Source: Styela clava (Eukaryota). Taken from it: DNA of 64,000 nucleotides. The DNA lies in the NCBI RefSeq assembly GCF_964204865.1, contig NC_135253.1, positions 6,634,001 to 6,698,000 on the forward strand, read 5' to 3'. The notes under the pieces are model-generated. The model had not been told where the DNA came from, did no database searches, and worked only from the letters and a program-made list of their open reading frames with translations. Below are positions 15,101 through 27,100 of this stretch, piece by piece. Position 1 is the stretch's first letter, and each line of letters opens with the position of its first letter. The position numbers and the translations under genes are program-made.

Positions 15101-18100
15101 GATTCCAGCCTTTTCAAATAATAGTAGATCCTTACATTTTGTTAGATATTAGTGGCTGCTTGTTTGTGGCCTTGTTCTTAGCAAAAGGTGTGAGTGCGAT
15201 GGCCCAGTAATTAGAGTGTTTGACCCGACTATGTTGACATCGCAGGTTAAAAACGATCTCTCATTCAAATCTCATGGCCGCCCATAGTTTAGTAAGCTCA
15301 CATATCGCATTGATTAAGTGTATTACGGTATATTATATTATGAAAATTTTCCTTGTCATAAGTCGATGTTATGAAATTGAAAATTTTATTCTGATCTGTC
15401 TTGATTCGTATTACAGAAAGCTCTGAGCTTGAAAAGATTGTAAATCTCTGAAATAATTTATGACTTTTTAATAATCTGTCTAAATATTATTGTTTTTGCA
15501 TCGTATTTTAACCTCATGCTATTTTTCAAGGGACCAACTTAGCAATGCAAATCAGCAACTGCTTTCAACTATAACTGAATTAGTTCAAGCAAATCATAAA
15601 TGTGAAGATATAATAACAAAACGATTACAGGTATTGATATTGTTTTTTTGTCTTATTCTTCATAACAGGTTGAGATTCTTGGAGCAAATGTTTGTTATTT
15701 ATTACTGAACTAAAATTAGGAATTTCTCCGAGTAGAGGAAAGGTGGTGAGATATTTCAGTGATATGGCAAGTAACAGCCTCTCATCCGGGTACCAGACCA
15801 GGTCTGGTATGGGGATATGATGCAGGAAGCCATACCATGAACAACATTCAACACCCATCTTATTGTAGTGAGGAGTCCAGTAATCTTTTCTCACATAATT
15901 GTGCTCTACAGCAGAGTAATCTTTACATCACAAGGTAGTAGGTTTTATATTGTCAAGTGCGTACCTAATGCCTAGCATGATGCTCAAATTATTGATTGAA
16001 GGATTGGATTTAGCCTTAACATTTGAAAAATAATATCAAGTATTTCTATTTCTTGTCTATTTGGCGAACTGTTGTGATATTTTTGTGAATTTAAACATTT
16101 TTATAACTTTTAGACATTGCCTGGGGATCGAAGTAGAGATTCCACCAAGCTTTCTCAATCTGATTTAAAATCGAGGAATGTAACTGAAAGAAAAGAGGAA
16201 TCCTCATCATCTAGTGGTGAGTTCACTTTTGTATTTGTCATTAGCTATCTGAAAATGTTACTTACTGTTCAATCACAAAGTTGTAAAAGTTTTTGCTGTC
16301 GACTGCCTTTTATTGGTGCCTTTTTATTGGTTCAGATGTTTCTAAGTCTTTTATTGCATTTCGTCCATGTAGGTAGCAAGTTCATACTGCTGTGTTAATT
16401 GTATGATGAACTGTAACTAATTAAGATTCGTAATTTCCCTTAAATCTAGTATCTCTGCAGTTTACACACTATGTTGACATCGCAGGGTAAAGTGTCTCAG
16501 GGCAAAAAATTTTCAACATTTTTTTAAATGCAATCTTGCGGCATTTGCAGTGCAACATAAATTCTTACACTTTTTCCAACTATTTATGAATGATTTACTG
16601 AAAACTGAGTTTTCCTAACTTGCTATCAATGACCCTTTCACCAAATGAACCAACCGAGATAGATGAAAATGCGCGCTTGTATACATTGGATAACTTCGAG
16701 AGTGAAGTAAGTCTGAGGAGAAATTCGCTGGGATATTATTATATATCAGTGGCTGCTTTTATCTAGCCTTGTTTGGAGCAAAAGGCACGAGTGAGCGTTG
16801 TATTATTACACCATTATACAAAAAAAATTGGTTTTCCCCCCAAATTTTGGGCTGGCTACGCTCTTGTCTCAGGGTCTCACCCATGTCCTTCAACTCACTC
16901 ACTCTTTGAAATATCAGTGATTACTTATACGTTGTTTAAAGTGAATTATGGAGAAAAATGTCTTGTAAACTATTTTCTACTACCGATTTCCCGAAAATAA
17001 GACCTAGCCTAAATTTTAATAAAAATGATTTTAATATAAGCCCTCCCCTTAAAATAACACCTATTTTTTTTAAAAAAAAAAAACTATTTATTTATACTTG
17101 AATAGGAAATCGGTTTTCAGATTTTGTATATTTAAAAATCTCGTAATTCTTTACTTTGTAATTTTGTTTTTGGCCCTGTCTTATTTTTCGAAAGAGAATT
17201 GAAACAAGAATGAGACCCTGTCCTATTTTCGGGAAAACACGGTATCAACAGCATATATGCTAACCGTTATTAGAGGTATTTGTCTTTAATTATACTGTAT
17301 ACTATTATCTCTTTATCCAGAGTCTGATCCATCTACTACGCCCTCTTCACCTAAACTAGAAGTCAGTACGGGCACAGGCAGTTTTGTTGACGAAGGGCTT
17401 GATTTATCACAAAGATTAGCTGAATCTATGTTTGCCGGTCCCGAGCTCGATACTTCAGCAAGGGATGTTGCAGTTGGATCAGGAACAAGATTGACTCAAG
17501 CTGTAGAGAAGTTAATTGATGCTCTTCAACCTAATATTGAACAGGTAACTTTATTTTTAAAATGTATAAAGCAGCGGTTCTCCAACTTTTGCGTCCCATC
17601 GCTTTAGAACTTCTGGTATAAACACTTGATAAACTTTATTTAAACATAATAAAACTATATAATAACAGAAAGTAAGTATTCTAGAAGCTATTCTCATGAA
17701 GATTTATTTGAGAACAGTTTGAAAATAATAACCGAAAAACATGATTGGTATTTAGAAGTAAAACTTCATTCCCTCTTTTACTATATCACATGTAGCTGTA
17801 GGATATTGAGCCAAATATTAAGGTGTTGATTGAAGGCAAAGCCTCTTTTATAAGAATAATATTCAGTATTTCGAAATGTGGAAGTTTTGACAAGAAAAAG
17901 TATAAAAACACATGAATGCATTTTGGGTATGCCTAAGTTAAGTAGATTCTTTATCAGGCAGATTGTGCTACCTTTGTTTTTTCGCAATATTGGTACTTAC
18001 CATTGATTACTCTTATGCCAATATATGTGTAAATTAGTATAATGCAAAATAATAAATAATTAAAACCTTTGAAAACAAAAATGGGTGCCTCTTGTCATAT

Positions 18101-21100
18101 TAATGTGGTGTTTGTCAATCCTATTCCGTATTGTTTATTGTTTTCTACCTTATTCTAGAAATTGTTGTTTGAGCAGGTTATGATTTCATAATACATTAAT
18201 CCTCTCTCCTTCCCACATTTTGCGTCACTGGAAATATTTCAAATCGGTTGTCCAAATATGTGTGATTCTACTATTTTCTCATTTAAAAAGTGTTCCCCAG
18301 GATATTTTTTCTAATTGACTTGACATCCTAGGGTTAACAATTGATAATAAATATATTAAAATCCGATTTTATATTGATAATAAAGCTATAAGAATAATAA
18401 TGCTATAAATTAGTGTTAGGTAATTTTTATTTGGGAACACTTTTTTGAACTAGATTGACACGACGAACTTGGCATTTGCGCGTGCGTTTCTTTGGTTAAA
18501 TAAATAGCCTAAGGCTTCTTCTGTTATATTAGAATGCTTCTCGAACTTCAAATTTAACAGCCAAATTATCTCGAATTTTCGCGGCATGAGGTATCTTATA
18601 TCAAATTCGAAATTATATATCTGGAATGGACATGCTTCCGTTAATAATATGTTGCGCAAGCGAAAAATAGCTATTTAGGTATTTGCTGTGACGCTGTTTA
18701 TTATAATTGGTTTTCATCATCTGTTAAGTATTTTAGCTATTTGCATTCTTATACATGCGGGTTGTTGTTTAGAAGTGTTTTTAAGATCAAGACTTCTGTT
18801 GCAATTTGGACATAACTATGAATATTAATTTTTTTTCAAAAAGTTAGCTCCAAAAGCTTTGTCAATTTGAAAACTGAAACTGTTTCTCCGCATTAAAATA
18901 GTTTAGCTTCTAGTTGAGTCATGGATTTCATGTGTTTTTCTGATAAAAATTATGAAGTTAAAGTTCGAGCTGAAGGTTCAATGAATTCTGTTTACTGGCA
19001 TGCTAATGGAGACTGGATCACAGAATTTGTTCAAAAGGTTGGAAGACAAATTATGGAAATGAGGAAATTATAAAAAAGAGTTTTTGCTATAAATTAACAA
19101 ATCAAATATATTGAACTGTAATTTGAGAATGGAGATTGGGATTTTAAATATAGATTTTGTTGTTTACTCAATTTACTCAATATACAAGCTTTGTTATGTG
19201 CAAAATAGTTATTATTGAAAATCTATAATTTTTTTCAGTTTTTTTGAATTTTTTCGTTTTAAATATTGCTTTCTTTTTCAGTTGAATGGAACACAACAAG
19301 CGCAACTTCTTCTTGGAGAAGATTTTGACCAGGATAAAAAATCTCAGAAGAAGAAAAAAGAAGTTGAAGACGATGAAAGTGATGACGATTCTTCAAGTAA
19401 AACATCAGAATCTGGAGATGCAAGAAATGTGGAAAGTAAAACAGATGGAAATTATAAGATTTTTTATTCTGTTTTTCCCAAAATAGTAGTATTTTACATA
19501 ATAATTTCTATCTGTGAGGAGCCTGGTTCGATATGATTGCATGATACACTGTATAAAAAGAAATATCAATTACTGTGTATGTCTCATTTCAACTGCTCTA
19601 GGCTTCAAAAATTGGGCAGTTTTGGGTGACCTTATTCAGAGAGGATTTATGGAATATGTCATCAAAATTCTTACTCGTATCAAAAATTTTAATTTAAAAT
19701 TTGACGTAAATTATGAAATAATGTTTCAATATTTTTCTGGCAATTATCATCAGTTGGAAATAATTCCAGCCTTGATTTAAACTTCCAATTAGAATCATTT
19801 TGAAATATTTATCATATTTCCCTTTTTCGTTTAACTTTTTACCAGCTGTCCTGGCCGACTACATGAATCAACAGATCGATTTAGAGAACAGGATTCAGGA
19901 ACAAGAAAAAGAAACTGAGAATCTTAAATCTGAACTCGATAACTTAAGAACACAGAATCATAAACTACAAGAAGAACTCAATTTATTGCAAAAACAGAAA
20001 GAAGCATTCATGAAAGAAGGAGACGAAGCAGAATTGAGTATGTGATATTGAGGATGGAAGATCTTGTTTGACCGATAAATTTTTTTTCTTCTTTGTTATC
20101 TATCTATATGAGGAGACGCCCTGTCTGATGCAATGATCAATTGAATTTCTGTGAGACCAACTTGTCTTGCTTATCTTTGATGCTTTTGACACGATGGATG
20201 CATATACGTAATCGGTATCTTGAAAATGTCATGTCCCACCTGCCCCATGTGTCCCACTCGGTCGATTTGTCCCACATGTTCCCCTTGTTTCATGTGTCTG
20301 AGGTGTCCCACTTGTTCTCTAGGTGTTTCATGTGTCTTTACTTGTCATGGAAAAGGTGGTCATGTAGGACACAACATTTTTGAGACACCCCATGCATAAT
20401 CATATGATAAACCACATCCTCCTATCCGGTTACTAGTCCATGTTGGGTATGGGAATGGTTAATCGGTTATTCCTTTCGCATGCATGGATCGATGGTGGAA
20501 GAAGCCCGTTTCAACCAGTGGTTATGTAGAGAGTCCAGTAATCCAGCAAATTTCTTCTCATTTTCAGGTCTTATTAAGCTTACTGAAGAGCTTGGAGCTG
20601 AGAAACAAGCTATATCTGATCAATATGAAGCATCAAGAATACATTTTGAAAAACAAGCTCAACAACTTGAGGCTGTTTTTGAAACAGAAACAAAGAAAAT
20701 GGAGGAGAAAGAGAATGAGCTTAAGATGGAAGTAGATGATCTCACTACTCAAGTGAGAAACATTGAGAATGGAATTAGTATCCTCGTTTTAAATTATTCA
20801 GGCATTACTGTGACCGTAGGCGTATTGGACTTGATTATGGTGACGTTACAGATTAACGAGCCAATTAAGTAAAAATACCTGATCAAAAAACGGGATCAAT
20901 CCTAAACTGTTATTGATTGTTAACCATGATTTCCTTTTTTATTCAATATCGTAGGTTTTAGCTAATATTATTTCTTTTTTCAAGATTGAAGCACTTCAGA
21001 AACATGTATCGTCAAATTCCAAGTTTTCTGCAGAACAAACAAATGAAAGAGAAATTGAACGAGAACAGTTTCAGCAGGAGATTGATAACCTTCAAGAAGA

Positions 21101-24100
21101 ATTGAATAAAAAGCATGATTTACATCGATCTGATTCTAAATTAACTGAAGAGGTCTGTATTGAGCAACAAGATTAGCTCAAGCAATTTTTACCTAATTTG
21201 AAACTCCCATATTTCATTATTTAAAATGTGGTAGGCTCATCCTGTGTAATGATTGTTGTATTACATGTTACAAGGATCTTTTTAATTGGGGGAATAGCAT
21301 TTCAATTTATTATCTTATTCATTTGAATGCTTTGGTAAGTTCAATAATGTAAGAGGACCAGATATAACTTTGGTAAGTATAGGAATAATTAAAGAATGGA
21401 ATTGGAAGCTGGATTTCAAAAGTAGTCTGTGGCATTTGCTTGGATACCTTCATTATGGTATATTATTTCAACCACCAATTTTTCTCTACCTAAAAAAGGA
21501 AATTTATCTTCAATTGTTTTATATTAATTGAATCATGCAAATGGCAATGCAATGATGTAATCTTGTAACGCTTTTGGGCTATGGTACGAGTGTTGCGATT
21601 ACGTCTCTTAAAATATCTCTTTTTTGCAATACCATAATTCCCTGCTGGCTGATGTCTTCGTGCTGCTAAAATCTGCTCAGATTTTCATCCGGTATATAAT
21701 TTTACTTTATTAGCCTGGTGACAAAAGCAGTGACAGTTCTACCACTGTTTCCGAATCTGGTGCATCACAGGTAACATTGTCAGAGTGCAAATGCAAAATT
21801 CACCACTCAATTAGTCATGATGTAATTTGCTATAAGCAATAGATTTTTTAGCTATTAACTAGCTAATTCTTATACAGTAAAGAAAACCATTGCATGTAAT
21901 GTCATTTGTTTGTCATATCTGATGCAAAATAGCCTTCTTGATTGCGCAAAGTTTAGAAGATTTCAGCAGACATATTCATATACGTCATGCCTTTTGCATA
22001 CATACACGTATACAGTTCACATTATAGCCTGTCTGATGTTCTGAAATGCATGACAAGCAATAGTACCAACATGCATAATGTAACATATTTAATTCAGTGC
22101 ATGTTGTTATTTGAAGATGAAAACTTAAAATTTAGTAATTGATAATAGTATATCGGATCAAATACTGTTCATCAACAAAAGATAATGTGTTTGAGTCAAA
22201 TTGATGTATGTCCCTTCATAAAATTAACCAAATGATATACACATCTCACAAAAGACCACATCTTAAACGAAGAAACGCCTAATTTCGACAATTTCGCATG
22301 CTTACTGTAATTCTTTAATAACAGACACGGCCATTTTTCAATTATTCACTCAATATTTTGATTTTTCAATAATGATCGACTCTTCCATGCTTGATGCTTA
22401 ATATTTTAGTGGTAATTCTACTGTATTTATTTTTATAATAATATTTCTAATATTATTTACTTATATCGACACTAACGCCAAAAATTATGAATAACTAAAC
22501 TTTGTTCAAATCATAAGTTGAACAAAATTGGCAATATTCAACTGAATATTGCATTTAACACTCTAACCATAACTTATGTATATGTAAGTTTCTCAAAATG
22601 ACAAATTCCAATCCAAGAGTCATAGGTCACAAAATTAGGAAGATTCGAAGTCTTGCTTTGATTGTAAGAGAAAAAAAACCAAGTGCTAACAAAAGTGCTA
22701 AAAGGAAAACAACTGCTGAGAGAAAACAATAGCATAGCTTTTATAAAAATGTGTGAAATTATGACAGAGTGCAGAATGGTACTCTTTTTAGTTAGCACTT
22801 CTGAAAATATTTTATCTATATAATACAGAGTAAGGCAAGAAAGGTTTCTTTTTCATATGAAGTATGATACAGTTATAATAGTTTTTATGTTTGATCAGCT
22901 TTGATCTGAAGCTGAATTTATTCATTAAGTTTGGCCCATAGATGATGATAGAATATAATTACCCAGACATAGCTTTAGTAAGGCTGCCTAAAGTTGACAT
23001 ATTTGAGTATAGTGGAGTGTTGTTGACTTTAGTAAATATGAGTATTATGTGGTTTTGGTGAGAGGGATTTAAAAAGTTCTTTAAGTTTGCTTGACGTGAT
23101 TGAAAAGTTAAATATTTGACGTCAACTTATCAGTGTCGGGGTGCTGATATTTCTTATGCATTGTATGTTAGTAGTTGATTGATTGTAGTATTGTATGTTA
23201 GTTTAATACAGGTTTGCTGTGCTAAATACATTTGTGAAATTTTTCGTTGGAAATTGTTAAATTTATAGAGATTAAAAAACAGAGAATTTATTTTACAAAG
23301 GATTTAAACATTGTGTTTTATGTAGAATCGGTATTTGCTGAAGGTAACTGTTTTCAAAATTGCATAACTCTCAGTCTCAGATATTTTTACGTTTGTTTGA
23401 ATTGAGTATAGTACAGGCGATAGATGGTTTTACAGACAAACAGTTAAGACATCCTTATTTTCATCAATTTTTATTTATTTTGAAGAGTGCAGAAATGTCT
23501 AAAATACTTGAGCAATATGAGAAATTATCGAAAGAAACAGAAGGTCTGAGTGAAGGTCTTTGTTTTACTCCTGCTGCAGTGAAGTCTAGCACTCCTGTTG
23601 GGATATATAAATTGTCAAGGACAGGAACAAGTGGTCAAGTAGGCCTGGGAGCATGTTCTATGTTGAATGCTGTAAGTTTATAACAAGATTAGAATACTAA
23701 TTCTGCAATCCTAACTAATTGTAAACAATATAGGATTTTTTTCCAATAATTTAGTTAGCTGGAATTTAAACTTAGATTTCAAAATTTAATTTTGTGATGA
23801 TATTGCCAGTTGGGGTATAGGGCATTGTTGGTGCCTTATTTATGTATATTAAACATAAAAAGGCCAAAATATCAGAGTCAAAACGAAATTTAATACTTTT
23901 TCAAATTGCTTTATTAATATAAATATGTGTTTTTCATGAGTGATTCACGCAGAGTAGTAAATAATGAGTCAGTCTTACTGACAAATCTCACATTGAAAAA
24001 AAAAAATAAATAGCAAATTAACTCTCTAGGATAATAAATTGCTATAAAATTTGCCGTTCTAATTATCTCAATAACTCTTAACTAGCTTTATTTTATGAAA

Positions 24101-27100
24101 TCATAAATTGGATAAACAATAAAAAATTAAATTATGCAAATTTATGTGTAGGAATCAAATCATGTATTGGTTCAGAAGAATATTGTTACTCATTTCATAA
24201 TTTTTGAATAATGCCTGAGAATTATAATCTTCACGCCTATGAGCTACTTTAGCAAATATGCTATCTAATATAGTACAATATAATTATGATGAAGTTAAAA
24301 TCAAATTTGAAAACGTTCAATTTTCTCACGATCCCGCAGTAAATTAGTCATTGAAGTTATGGTAAGCAAATCTTGATTAAAATTCTACTACTTAAAAGTG
24401 CAAATCTGTGTGCTATTGAATATGTGCTATTTTCCATATATTACCACATGGTAATTGCGATTAAGACATGTGATTTTTAATACGGTCTTCATTTCAAACA
24501 GCGCACTGGCCTGATACCTGTTTTTGGATACCTTGGGATCTACTTTCTGATTAATATTGATCAATGTGTTTAATTTAACAAATAACGTTTCAGGTTTCTC
24601 GCCTTGAAGAAGAGATGGAGGCAAGGGAACTTGCTCATCAGGAGCAAATTTCTAAAATGCAAGAAGAGGAAGAAAAAATGAAGAAGACAATCCAGGAATA
24701 TGAGGAAAATTTACAGGAATTGAGAGGAGGTTCTGAGCAATCCGAGGCATGTTTAATCATTGATTGTTCTCAAGTTTTATTAGGTTGAACACTTGTTTAA
24801 TACTGTTTATTTTTTAGATTGATGTAGTGAAAGCTCAACTGCAAGATATGACAGCGGAAAGAGAAGTTATCCAACAGGAACTGTATGATAATCTTCTAAA
24901 GGTAAATCCAGCTACTGTCTCATACGTCAGATAAGAATTTGCTGATTCTGAGCGTTATTTTCACACCACGGCTCTGTTCAAATATTATGTCAAGAAGAAA
25001 CTCAAGTTTAAAAAGCCTGATTGTGGTTCAATTAGTCCAGTTCAATACACATGCACATAACACACACACAAATGCAAATATAACACACACACACATGTAC
25101 ATATAACACACACACACACAAATGCACATATAACACACACACATGCACATATAACACACACACACACACATGCACATATAACACACGTGCACATATAAAC
25201 CTGTGGAAGATATTGTCCAGGCATCAGCAAATTTAGATTTCCTTCTTGAGGTCGAGTCTCAAGCTCGATAATTCTTTGTATTATGTAATGTTAATCATTT
25301 GGGTTTTCAAGTGGCCAAAACGTCTGATTCGAAATAATTTTTTGACTAGGTTTCCGCTCTTGAAGCTAAACTTGACCAATACAAGCATAATGGTGACATG
25401 CCAGGTGGTGGTGCTGGAGATCAAAGTCAGGTTGAAAGACTTAGAATGAACTTGGATCAAGAAAGAGAAGCTCACGAGTCGAAAGACAATGAGGTAAAAT
25501 GTTATCTTTGACAGATTTGTCTGCCTTGTTTTCCATCCTATCAGGCTTTTAAATCTTGATAGAAGGAGCTATCTTCTGCTTTGATTATACAGACTGTTCT
25601 GCTTCGATCAAATTAAGTGTCCACACTCTGTATAGTATACTTGATCTTATGTGCAAATTTATATGTATTATTAACGTTCGTTATATTTATCGTGTTTTTT
25701 GTCCAGATTGAACATTTAGTTGGAGTTCATGCACAGTTGAGAGCAGAAATCATCGAAAAAGAAGATGAAGTAGAACGCTTGCTACATGAGATTGAAACTT
25801 ACAAAGAATTAGAAGCTGAAAATATTAAATTAAAAGTAGGATTTTGGAAATGTTATGTAAAGTAAATATATCAAGCCTGTATCACAAATAGATTGAAACT
25901 AGTCTAGAGAATAAAAATGGACTTTTATACATTGCTTTTTTATGTAACACATTTCCACAATGATTGCCACCCAAATAATCTTTCACCATCACTAAAAATT
26001 AAATTGTATTGTGATTTTACAGGAGGAGCTGAGAGTGAAAGAAGCTGCGGAATCCTCTGCTGTTGCACCTTCTCGTGCCGAGGAACTTGAAGCTCTCTCA
26101 CGCCAACTCCTGGATGAGAAAAATGCAGAAATTGATGAATTACAAAATAAAGTCAAAATGCTTGAAATCAAAGCAGAGAAAGATGATGATTCTTCTTCAG
26201 AATCTTCTGATGATGATAAAAAAGAGGTACGATTCTATATAGTGATGATTTATAAAGAAAATAAAGATTTTTAATATTTTGATCTTTTTTATTTAGGATG
26301 ATTCAATGCAGAAACTGAAGGAAGAGAATCTTCATCTAAGATCTAAACTAGATGAATCAGAGGAAAAGCTGGAATCGAAAGAATCCTCAGAGAAAATGGA
26401 GGATGGAGTTTTACAACAGAAGATGGATCCAGATAAGGATGTAGAGGAATCTCATCCTGCTATGAAAGAAGAATTGGAACAATTAAAACAAGAAAATGAG
26501 AAATTGAAGAATGAGGTACAGGAGATGAAGAAAATAACAGAATCCAACGTATCTCTTCTTGGAGTATCCCCAGAAACCAAAGAAAAGATTCATCATTTAG
26601 AGGAATTGTTGATGGAAGAAAAACCTGAAACACAAGAAGAAAAAGGAACATCAGAATCAGAATCAAGTTTAGTTGAATCTGTATCTGAAGGAAAACCAAA
26701 ACATTCGGAAATTATTCAAGGTTTGTATGTGTGTATTAAAAATTGTTTTCACTGCTCCAAACATAGTTGTGTACTAGGTCGCTTATAAATACATGCTTTT
26801 GTGCCATTCAGTTTACCTATTTTTTTACACCATCGAGGGGAATAACCGAACAATGAACTCATCAGGGTCAAATTGGAAATATCCAATCGTCTATGTCAGC
26901 ATAGTAATGGTAATTTTAAATCCTGCTTTCCTTACATAATATTGTCAAATTTTCATAATGGTATACATTTTGCAGAAAAACTTCATGAACTTGAAAATGA
27001 ATTGAAATCTCAGCCTAACAGTATTCTTGGAAGGATATTAGCAGAAAAGGATGACAAAATACAAAAACAAGATTCTAAAATCAAGAAAGCAGAAGATGAA

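Noticed and set aside
22598-22732. 44-aa basic small ORF MTNSNPRVIGHKIRK...
   Set aside because: No splice connection to the main frame and no recognisable similarity; at most a uORF in a putative 5' exon.
25042-25230. Cys/Val-rich membrane peptide ORF
   Set aside because: Translation of an (AC)n-based minisatellite.
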